From IMG/VR virus record IMGVR_UViG_3300042386_001233, positions 179,822 through 243,821 of that record: a stretch of 64,000 bases of DNA, one strand, 5' to 3'. A model generated the notes under the pieces. The model had not been told where the DNA came from and made no database searches. It worked only from the letters and a program-made list of their open reading frames with translations. Shown here piece after piece: positions 35,008 through 42,912 of the stretch. The position numbers and the translations under genes were made by a program. Each line of letters starts with the position of its first letter. The first letter of the stretch is position 1.

Positions 35008-35047
35008 TCTTTTCTCTCTTTCTTTCTTCTCTATGTCTTATATCGAC

Positions 35048-35076
35048 ATTATACCATGCTCATCTTGAGCTTGCAA
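35048..35076 (-). promoter_or_regulatory. sigma70-type promoter TTGCAA-17-TATAAT
   Basis: direct match; CGATA just downstream of -10. Confidence 0.7.
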
Positions 35077-35163
35077 GAGAAATCTAGAAATTTTATTGTC
35101 AAGAATTTTTGACAAAAGAATCGTCTATTTTCTATCCTATTGGCACAGCATTTGCTAGGTGAA

Positions 35164-35245
35164 CGTAAAGTGTTGCAGCATAAGGACTTACGTCGATCCC
35201 GGCCCGCCCGCCTCGCTGTAAGTCCTTTACAGACAAGGCTTTATG
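35164..35245. repeat. 82-bp element A16
   Basis: 29+24+29; abuts TAA stop. Confidence 0.9.
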
Positions 35246-35545
35246 TTAACTCACCACCATACGATCCTCAAACGGTGTGCCGTCTTTTAGGTACCATTCG
35301 TAGTTCTTCTGGTATACCTGTACGGGCGAATACTGGTTGATACGCTTCTTAGTGGTGTGCGTATGCCATCCACCACTATTGAGCATAACAGTATCGTCGG
35401 GATAAATCACCACGACATTCGTACCATGCAACTCTATTGCAACGCTACCATCGGCCTGGATATAGGCATAGGTATTGTTGCCAACCTTGCGAGTATCCTT
35501 ATTAGTCTTACCACGAACCATCTTTACTGCTTCAAAGTGTGTCAT
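35246..35545 (-). CDS. conserved phage hypothetical protein
   Basis: LHGTNVV..LNSGGWHTHTTKKRIN motif. Confidence 0.75.
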   Translation of the reverse strand: MTHFEAVKMVRGKTNKDTRKVGNNTYAYIQADGSVAIELHGTNVVVIYPDDTVMLNSGGWHTHTTKKRINQYSPVQVYQKNYEWYLKDGTPFEDRMVVS

Positions 35546-35806
35546 TTTGTTTACCAGCTTTCGCTAATGATTCCTAGTAATTGTTGAAGAAACTGTAAAA
35601 CTTCTTTGATATTGTATGTAGCATAATCTACATAACCATCAGGCAGATACCTAGACATATTCCCTCAGTCGTGAAGAATGGATTGAATAGCGTTACCCAC
35701 CTCGTGGGCGGTGTACGAGATGAAACCAGCAAAAGCAATCAAGGCAAACAACTGAACGTATTCGATAGTCGTAATCATTGGGATTCCTTTTCTTTCTTGT
35801 GTTCTT

Positions 35807-35835
35807 ATTCTACACCTATTATCGACCAACGTCAA
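35807..35835 (-). promoter_or_regulatory. sigma70-type promoter TTGACG-17-TAGAAT
   Basis: direct match; CGATA in spacer. Confidence 0.7.
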
Positions 35836-35855
35836 GCTCTAGCAATAGTTTTCTT

Positions 35856-35873
35856 CCTTACAATATCGTAAGG
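35856..35873. promoter_or_regulatory. family C operator, copy 4
   Basis: identical to copy 2. Confidence 0.7.
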
Positions 35874-35875
35874 TT

Positions 35876-35957
35876 CATAAGCCTATATGAGATAAGGACT
35901 TACGTCAGATGCGGGCGCCCGGCCTCGCCCTAAGTGTTTATAGGGTAAGGCTTTAGG
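35876..35957. repeat. 82-bp element A17
   Basis: 29+24+29; abuts TGA stop. Confidence 0.9.
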
Positions 35958-36173
35958 TCATGAGGCGTGAATGAAGACCTTTTCGCTTACTGTACGGTTA
36001 GTCACTGTCACGATCCAATTCTTTCCGCTACCATCCTCACGCATGATACCATTGATAAGGCCCACATGAGCGTTACCCTTTGGGTCGAGCACGCAGTGAT
36101 ACTTACCAGCTCGCATAGCAGAAAAAATCTTATCAAGGTTGTTCGTCACAGTTTTGTAGTTAGTCTGAAGCAT
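35958..36173 (-). CDS. hypothetical protein
   Basis: ORF with RBS after promoter. Confidence 0.7.
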   Translation of the reverse strand: MLQTNYKTVTNNLDKIFSAMRAGKYHCVLDPKGNAHVGLINGIMREDGSGKNWIVTVTNRTVSEKVFIHAS

Positions 36174-36237
36174 CTTTTTCCTTTTCTTTCTTGTGTTGTT
36201 TCTATTATAGGTTATCGGTTAGGGCGTTGTCAATACC

Positions 36238-36480
36238 TTAGTAGTAAAGAAAATCTTCCAGAATGTTTCCGTCCCGGTCAACGGTGATTCCCTCACCCTC
36301 ATCACCCATCGGAAAAAAGTCTCCAATGCAGGCGTTTCCGTCGCTCATTTCATAGTAGTGAAAAGCCTCTTCGAGCAACTCACCACCGATGCGAGCAATA
36401 CCAACAAGAGTTTCGGGCATGGTCGAATCAGCACCATAGAGGAAGTTTTCGAGTTCGTTGCGATTGTTGATGGTGATCAT
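36238..36480 (-). CDS. acidic hypothetical protein
   Basis: ORF with RBS after promoter. Confidence 0.65.
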   Translation of the reverse strand: MITINNRNELENFLYGADSTMPETLVGIARIGGELLEEAFHYYEMSDGNACIGDFFPMGDEGEGITVDRDGNILEDFLYY

Positions 36481-36562
36481 TTTCTTGTCCTCTTGTTTAT
36501 CGTTCTCTTGTTCTTATATCGACATTATACAGAGTATTCTTTAGCTTGCAAGCGAAAAGTTT

Positions 36563-36580
36563 CCTTGCATTTTCGTAAGG
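36563..36580. promoter_or_regulatory. family C operator, copy 5
   Basis: CCTTGC-ATTTTC-GTAAGG. Confidence 0.55.
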
Positions 36581-36583
36581 TTT

Positions 36584-36665
36584 CGCAAAGACAAACACCA
36601 TAAGGACTTACATCAAACGCGGGCTTCGTCATTCGTCGTAAGTCTTTATGTCACAAGGACTTGCA
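36584..36665. repeat. 82-bp element A18 (last copy)
   Basis: 29+24+29. Confidence 0.88.
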
Positions 36666-36789
36666 GACAGTTGCAGACAGGGGGTTTTTTCGTTTTAAAG
36701 GGGCCAAGGGGTCGCACAGTCAAAACCGCCGGGAGGTCCATAAACAATAAGCGCCTCCATACATAATTGGCCAGTTTATTAGCCATTTA

Positions 36790-38397
36790 TTATCTATTTA
36801 TGATTCTTTCCCAAGCTATTGAAACTTGTCTCGATATTGGATCGTAAATTACAATCTTCATATCATTAGTTCCTTTATGAAACCAGCTTCTATTCAAAGC
36901 TATATTAAATCCGTGTCTGGCGCTACCGACCACCGGAATTAACGCTGGTCTATACAAATTAGCCCACTGTCCAGTAACTATCCTTCCATTAATAATTACT
37001 CTAACAAGAACCGGAGATGCTCCGGACCTCTCACTAAAAGCCCACCCCGCCACTCTATCTAATCTTAAATATCCCACCCTAACAATCGGAGGAGGAATAG
37101 TAACTGTGGATGATGCTACAGAGGTCCAAGATCCTGTTTGAGAATCTCTGGCCTCAACACTTATAACATGCTCCCCTATTGTGAGACCGCCCAGATTAAA
37201 AACAAATGACCCACCAACCCCAGTCCATAGATACCCACTATCTGCACCATCTATTATTATTCTCACATAAATACTAGAGTTCGGAGAATTAAGATCTTTA
37301 GCCCATCCACTAATACTTCTTAAATTCTGACTGATTATGGCTCCTGTTGGTAATATGTTTCCATCATAAGGAACTCCCAACACATTAGATATAGCTGCCC
37401 CCACGTTCAATTTTCCTCCTGTTGCCACCTTTCCAAATAGTTCCGGAAGCTTATCTACTGATCCAAAAATAGCAGCCTTAACTTTTGAAATTGATAATCC
37501 AGGTTTAACAGAGTTCAACAAAGCTACAGCACCAGCCACTTGAGGAGCTGCCATACTAGTCCCCGCCATATATCCATAATTATTATATGGAATAGTAGAT
37601 AGTATCATGCTACCAGGAGCAGCAATATCTACATTAGTAGCTCCATAATTTGAAAAGCTAGCTAACTTTATTCCATCATATCCTAAAGCCCCTACACTAA
37701 TAATATTATCATTATCAAAACAACTAGGATATCTTAATGTAATATCATTATCGCTACCATTATTACCAGCCGCCACCGTCACCACCACCCCAGCATCATT
37801 TAATCTACCAATCGCCCCATACAACATATTACTAAAACCAGTCCCCCCACCCCAACTAGCATTAGCTACTACCACATTTACTCCATAAGTATTCTTCATC
37901 ATACTAATATAATCCATGGCTCGAATAGCCCCACCAGTATCGCCCACCCCCTTGTCGTTCATAAACTTTAAAGCCATTAAACTCACATTCCAATTAATCC
38001 CCGCCACCCCCAAACTATTGCTTCCTTCTGCGCCAATTATGCCTGCCACATGACTTCCGTGTCCGTATCGGTCCTGAATATCATTATTATTAGAATAAAA
38101 ATTCCAACCATTAATATCATCTATATATCCATTATTTTCATTATCTATCCCGTCCCCCGCTATCTCTCCAGGATTAGTCCATAGATTATTCTTCAAGTCC
38201 TGATTAGTTAAATCAATACCACTATCTATAATCGCAACAACAATGTCTTTTGAACCAGTTCCATACTGCCACGCTTGATATGCTGAAATACTTTGAAGAG
38301 CCCACTGATCATTAATTTTTGGATCATTAGGAACAACTGACAATAATTTTCTATTTTCTAGAGACTCTACAGTTAGACTAATAGCTTTTTTGCCCAT
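36790..38397 (-). CDS. subtilisin-like S8 serine protease with N-terminal LEPR-XLL-type motif
   Basis: IIDSG (Asp), HGSHVAG (His), GTSMAAP (Ser); ESLENRKLLS. Confidence 0.92.
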   Translation of the reverse strand: MGKKAISLTVESLENRKLLSVVPNDPKINDQWALQSISAYQAWQYGTGSKDIVVAIIDSGIDLTNQDLKNNLWTNPGEIAGDGIDNENNGYIDDINGWNFYSNNNDIQDRYGHGSHVAGIIGAEGSNSLGVAGINWNVSLMALKFMNDKGVGDTGGAIRAMDYISMMKNTYGVNVVVANASWGGGTGFSNMLYGAIGRLNDAGVVVTVAAGNNGSDNDITLRYPSCFDNDNIISVGALGYDGIKLASFSNYGATNVDIAAPGSMILSTIPYNNYGYMAGTSMAAPQVAGAVALLNSVKPGLSISKVKAAIFGSVDKLPELFGKVATGGKLNVGAAISNVLGVPYDGNILPTGAIISQNLRSISGWAKDLNSPNSSIYVRIIIDGADSGYLWTGVGGSFVFNLGGLTIGEHVISVEARDSQTGSWTSVASSTVTIPPPIVRVGYLRLDRVAGWAFSERSGASPVLVRVIINGRIVTGQWANLYRPALIPVVGSARHGFNIALNRSWFHKGTNDMKIVIYDPISRQVSIAWERIINR

Positions 38398-38468
38398 TGA
38401 TCACTTCCTTGCGTTTTTTTGTGATAAAATAAGAGACAACTCTCACCCTATCAGAAAAATTTGAGAAG

Positions 38469-38795
38469 TCAATACCTAATTGGAACATAAACTGTTTGAG
38501 GAACACTAACTACCTCATATCTCTTTAAAAGAGTCCAGCATCGACGTTCTACCACAAAGTTTTGATAAGTTGTTACTGGAACGAGCTGAGGAGCTGCAGG
38601 AGCTATTATAATCGGATAGTATACTGGAACATACTGAATAGCTGGAGCTTGTTGAACAGCCATTGGTTGCTGAGGAACATAACTCATCCAATCACTACCA
38701 TATGATACTGAACATAGAGCAAATACAAACAATCCGCTTAATAGCTTTAGCATAAAATTATCCTCTGAGGTTAAAAGAAATTGACCAGTTTCCAC
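38469..38795 (-). CDS. small secreted protein
   Basis: signal peptide ..CSVSYG; V/P/Y/Q-rich; resembles 46376-46690. Confidence 0.6.
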   Translation of the reverse strand: METGQFLLTSEDNFMLKLLSGLFVFALCSVSYGSDWMSYVPQQPMAVQQAPAIQYVPVYYPIIIAPAAPQLVPVTTYQNFVVERRCWTLLKRYEVVSVPQTVYVPIRY

Positions 38796-38827
38796 ACTTA
38801 TAGTATCGACAGTCCCGTATTGGAACT

Positions 38828-39127
38828 TTAGTCCTTATAAGGAACCAAATGTTTGCGAACAAAGACCATATTAATAAAAAATCCACAAAAAGCACTCAGT
38901 ATGTTACTAACCATTGGAGCTGTAAAATCTTGCAAAGGATTTAAAAAGAACGATAGGCCAAGACTAATCCAAAAACTAACACACTCATGACACAACAATG
39001 GTTTACGAACGTATGGAACTCGCGCTACCAAATTTCTTAGTGGCCGAGTAACTTCAGTATCACTCCAAGCGTACGACAAAGCTAAAGAAATAAATAAATA
39101 AATTATGAACATGCTCTTATTCCCCAA
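38828..39127 (-). CDS. DUF1360-like membrane protein
   Basis: LLCHECVSFW motif, TM helices. Confidence 0.6.
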   Translation of the reverse strand: MGNKSMFIIYLFISLALSYAWSDTEVTRPLRNLVARVPYVRKPLLCHECVSFWISLGLSFFLNPLQDFTAPMVSNILSAFCGFFINMVFVRKHLVPYKD

Positions 39128-39474
39128 GTTCCTGGACCCTGAGCATTTACGTGCGTATTAAAAAAAGTTCCTCCGCAGTATAATGCCCCTTGTTGTCTGA
39201 AGTACGTGGCACTTAGTGTTGCATTGCCATAATACCATTGATTGTTTGCATAAGCATAAGTGGCAGTGTTATACGAGGAGTTTCCAGTACCACAGTAGTT
39301 ATTGCCAGAGTTACATGCTGCTATAAGGATAAGGCAACTACCTGTTCCACAATATGATGATGTCCCATCACTACAACAGTACTCTCCCGCTGAACAATTA
39401 CTGTTAGATGTACAAGGAGCTAGTTTGTTTACCACTTGGCTATAAACTGGTCCGTTACTATTATCATATGCCAT
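39103..39474 (-). CDS. Cys-rich protein with shared N-terminal leader (1 of 3)
   Basis: MAYDNSNGPVYS leader then Cys/Gly/Ser/Asn-rich body. Confidence 0.65.
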   Translation of the reverse strand: MAYDNSNGPVYSQVVNKLAPCTSNSNCSAGEYCCSDGTSSYCGTGSCLILIAACNSGNNYCGTGNSSYNTATYAYANNQWYYGNATLSATYFRQQGALYCGGTFFNTHVNAQGPGTWGIRACS

Positions 39475-39490
39475 AATATTGTACCCTTTT

Positions 39491-40003
39491 TTATAAAGAT
39501 TCCCACAACTCCACATCAGAAGAATATGCTTCACGAATAAGAATTTTCTGTTCTTCCGTCAAGACTGGCTTGTCTTCTTCTAACTCCTCATTTAATATTG
39601 GTACAGGAGTCTCCAACCCTAACCATTGTGCGCAATCATCTATTTGATCAGGGAATCGAAAGTAGGTTATTCCTTCAGCCAATAGTCCCATAGATTCTAG
39701 TGTCCAGAAATGAACATCAAAAGATATTGATTCAAGTCCTTCTTCTACGGTTTTTTGTTGTCTAGCACAAGATGAGCGAAATCTTTCAACAGGGTCTCTA
39801 ACTAAGCAACACAAATTAGGAATATCATTATCGTCTAATGGCGAACCTATAGTATGTGTGGTTGCGTTAATGGGATGCCATCTTTCTCCTTCTGGATTTC
39901 TTAGTGACGTTGGTAATGCTTGCCATATTACACTGTAGCTTCCGCTACGAGCCACAAGAGCAAACCTTTTTCCATTTGGTAGTGTGATTTTTGCGCCTTT
40001 CAT
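39491..40003 (-). CDS. sulfotransferase family 2-like protein
   Basis: ARSGSYS 5'-PSB-like loop, VRDPVERFRS 3'-PB motif. Confidence 0.7.
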   Translation of the reverse strand: MKGAKITLPNGKRFALVARSGSYSVIWQALPTSLRNPEGERWHPINATTHTIGSPLDDNDIPNLCCLVRDPVERFRSSCARQQKTVEEGLESISFDVHFWTLESMGLLAEGITYFRFPDQIDDCAQWLGLETPVPILNEELEEDKPVLTEEQKILIREAYSSDVELWESL

Positions 40004-40014
40004 AGTATTTCTCC

Positions 40015-40848
40015 TTATGTGATTGTGATTGTGCCGGTGTATCCGCCGCTGTACCGCGACCCGCGCAGGTCAACAATATAATCGCCGGGGTTCATCGTAA
40101 GCGTCTTAGTCAAGCCATACGGGTACGGGGCCGAATAAGTGCCATTCTTATCTAATGTCCAACCCGAATTATTGTAGTTGACAATAGAACGTAGTGCATT
40201 TACGCCGCCGGTTGTTAAATCCCACCCGGTGTTATTTCCGCGTCTGTTTATAAACGCAATCGTTACTGAACGCGCTGAACCCGCAGGTACGGTAAAGAAG
40301 ACCTTGCCAGCATGTGCATTGGCATAAACGGTAAAGCTGGTCACCAGACCGCTTACGCTAACATTCGCTGCCGGATCGAAATTTGCAAAGTCGGTGCCAT
40401 CAGGGAATGGCTTGGCACTGGCAAGCACAGAGTTGGCAAACGTATACGTCGCTGTGGACGAGCTAGGATAGTTGTTAAAGTTGCCGCCGGGAACACTCAC
40501 ATAGTAAGTGCCAGCGTTTAGAGAGGACGGGTTGTCGTAGTTGAAAAGGCCGTCTTTATCTAGCTGACCGCCGCCGTGGTTGGTCACAGAGCGGAAAAAC
40601 TTGGGGGTGCCAGTGATGGTGCCGGAGTTTCCACTGAGGGTGAAAACATGGGTCCAGAGGGTCGAAGGATAAGAAGGAGAATAACCTTGGAAGGTTGTGC
40701 GTGTGAAAGAGTTGCTTGTGTTGGACCAAGTGGCGGGCCACGGCTGGACCCCAACGCTGCCGCCATAGTTGTCGGTGGGGCGCGCGAAGCCGGTGAATAA
40801 AGCAGGCTTCCCAGTTAACACGCTATAAATTGGCCCATTATCATTCAT
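40015..40848 (-). CDS. beta-rich protein with shared N-terminal leader (2 of 3)
   Basis: MNDNGPIYSVLTGKP leader; GC-rich body. Confidence 0.7.
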   Translation of the reverse strand: MNDNGPIYSVLTGKPALFTGFARPTDNYGGSVGVQPWPATWSNTSNSFTRTTFQGYSPSYPSTLWTHVFTLSGNSGTITGTPKFFRSVTNHGGGQLDKDGLFNYDNPSSLNAGTYYVSVPGGNFNNYPSSSTATYTFANSVLASAKPFPDGTDFANFDPAANVSVSGLVTSFTVYANAHAGKVFFTVPAGSARSVTIAFINRRGNNTGWDLTTGGVNALRSIVNYNNSGWTLDKNGTYSAPYPYGLTKTLTMNPGDYIVDLRGSRYSGGYTGTITIT

Positions 40849-40885
40849 GGTGTTGTATCCTGTTGAGTAAGTTATTCAATAATCA

Positions 40886-41290
40886 CTACAAGAAATACAC
40901 CACTACTTTATCATCTCTTTCAGCCACGCTAAACATTCGGAACATCTTGCCGGGTAAAGTTCCCGCAAATGCCGCCCACGCTTCTTCTCCCTTATCAACA
41001 AGGAAGACCTTACCAGCATAATTATTAGCAGCTCGTTCATCACTTAAAGATTGTAGCTTAACAGTTATTTCACTAGCATCTTTAACATACTGATCTAAAA
41101 TATTTGGATTAGCTTCTAGATGTTCAGAGAAGAATTTAAAAACTCTTCCTCGACAAGAACAATTAGGATTATCCTTAAAAGTCACAAGATCCGCCAGAAT
41201 GGAAGGAAAATCGTTCTTAAGACGGTTAAAAGTTTCTTCGTCCTTAATCAGAATAGGAAGAATATCGGCCACATTGTTTTTATTGATCAT
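40886..41290 (-). CDS. hypothetical protein
   Basis: 134-aa ORF with RBS; NCSCRG. Confidence 0.7.
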   Translation of the reverse strand: MINKNNVADILPILIKDEETFNRLKNDFPSILADLVTFKDNPNCSCRGRVFKFFSEHLEANPNILDQYVKDASEITVKLQSLSDERAANNYAGKVFLVDKGEEAWAAFAGTLPGKMFRMFSVAERDDKVVVYFL

Positions 41291-41365
41291 ATTTAGTCTC
41301 CTTTAGTTTATAATAGAGACCATTGAGGTATTGGCAAGATTATATCGTGGATAGATTTTAATCTC

Positions 41366-41677
41366 TCAAGATGGTGCGTTACAAAGAATAGTATCGTTAC
41401 AGAATTGTCCAACTTTAGACGCATCGCAAGTTCCGCAATAAGAAGTAAATCCCTCTGGTGTGCCGGTGCCGTTAACGTAATAACCACCGGTGAATTGATT
41501 GCAAGGAGCTGCTGTACAACAACCAGAGCAACCCGCGTAATTATGAACGGCATTTCCGAAGTCCCATTCGTAACCGCCATATCCATCACTTATACACTGT
41601 ACAGAAAAAGTTCCGCACTGCCCAGGCTTCCCAGTCAAAACACTATAAACTGTCCCATCATTATTATCATATACCAT
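41366..41677 (-). CDS. Cys-rich protein with shared N-terminal leader (3 of 3)
   Basis: MVYDNNDGTVYSVLTGKP leader; 10 Cys. Confidence 0.65.
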   Translation of the reverse strand: MVYDNNDGTVYSVLTGKPGQCGTFSVQCISDGYGGYEWDFGNAVHNYAGCSGCCTAAPCNQFTGGYYVNGTGTPEGFTSYCGTCDASKVGQFCNDTILCNAPS

Positions 41678-41736
41678 ATAACAATTTCCCTTACAACTAG
41701 TAGTAATTATAGACTATACACCCCAAACGGGGGAGA

Positions 41737-42912
41737 CTAGCAAAAAGTTATTTGATATTCCTTCAATATCTTTTTAAGTTGTGTTTTTTCGTTCTTTTCC
41801 AACTCCCTATCACTAGAAATTCTTACATTCAAATTCTCAAACTGAACTTGAACCAAGTTATTCTTAAAATCTAATTTGTTAATTTCTTCTTTTATTTGCG
41901 TTAACTTGGTAGTTCCTTTAAGAGCAAAGGGCCGATTTTCCAGCATCTTGAATGGCCGATACAATCTTCCACATTGACATCGCAAGTATTGGTCTTGAAT
42001 CTCACAAACATCTCCGTTCCAATAATTTACAAAAGGCGCAGCTAGTGAAAAATAATCCGTAGTTACTAATTTAGAATCTATACTTTTATGAAGCGTAATA
42101 TTATCTAATAAATGATAAGTTCCAAACTTACAAGTAAAGAAACTGGCCCCACCATCCCAACATCTCATATGATCACAGTGATAATCTATAAGCTTGTTAA
42201 TTTTCAAAAATTCAAAATCTCTTTGTAATGGAAATTCATTACTATGACTCAATAAATAACATAATTTTTTAGAATACTTTCTTTTTCTGATCTCATTACA
42301 TAGCTGGTTAATTATAGGTCCCGTACTAATTATAATATCAATTTCAGTACCGCTTAAATAATCGAACAATTTTTCATACCAATCAGTACTACCAAAATTT
42401 TGAAAGTTAATATAATCTACCGAACAATCCTTACTACCATGATTATACTGAAACTGATTTGAAACAGAGTGGTCCGATCTGACAAATTCACTATCTGAGA
42501 AAACAGACAATGTGTCTTTAAAATAATACATTATTGCTATTTTAATATGATGTTGATATAATCCAAACTCCTTGAGTATCAAACTCCAATGTTGATCATC
42601 TATTAAAAATCTAGCATATCTATTATATATAGAGTATGAAAAAGGATCTCCTGTAGTACTTCCGCTAGTGCTACGTATCCCACTATTCTCTTTTAGCTGT
42701 GGAACATACCAGTTTTCTTTATTAAGTAGATCATCCTTGATAAATATTCTGTCTGGCCGATATAAAGTCTTATAAACATTACTATGTTCAAGTGCCCAAT
42801 TTACTATATTCTTTTCCAAAAGCTCTTGATAGTATCTTAAAGTAGCATCGTCTTGATATAACAAGGTGTCTGCCATCTCAACATAACTATCTAATAGTTT
42901 TTCAGAATTCAT
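41737..42912 (-). CDS. phenylacetate-CoA ligase/CapK-like adenylate-forming protein
   Basis: STSGSTTG P-loop, ..GDV.., RCQCGR. Confidence 0.75.
   Translation of the reverse strand: MNSEKLLDSYVEMADTLLYQDDATLRYYQELLEKNIVNWALEHSNVYKTLYRPDRIFIKDDLLNKENWYVPQLKENSGIRSTSGSTTGDPFSYSIYNRYARFLIDDQHWSLILKEFGLYQHHIKIAIMYYFKDTLSVFSDSEFVRSDHSVSNQFQYNHGSKDCSVDYINFQNFGSTDWYEKLFDYLSGTEIDIIISTGPIINQLCNEIRKRKYSKKLCYLLSHSNEFPLQRDFEFLKINKLIDYHCDHMRCWDGGASFFTCKFGTYHLLDNITLHKSIDSKLVTTDYFSLAAPFVNYWNGDVCEIQDQYLRCQCGRLYRPFKMLENRPFALKGTTKLTQIKEEINKLDFKNNLVQVQFENLNVRISSDRELEKNEKTQLKKILKEYQITFC

Noticed and set aside
17669-36665. 82-bp repeats as a CRISPR array
   Set aside because: Intervals are ~0.7-1.8 kb and contain genes and promoters; repeats are too degenerate and too long; no cas genes
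17669-36665. 82-bp repeats as canonical integron attC sites
   Set aside because: No conserved RYYYAAC/GTTRRRY boxes, length is invariant (attC varies), cassettes carry their own promoters, and no intI is in the window; only the logic is similar
17669-36665. 82-bp repeats as XerCD dif sites or intrinsic terminators
   Set aside because: The CRTAA/TTAYG pentamers are 19 bp apart rather than 6 and lack the GTTAAAT arm; there is no U-tract and the stems are mismatch-rich
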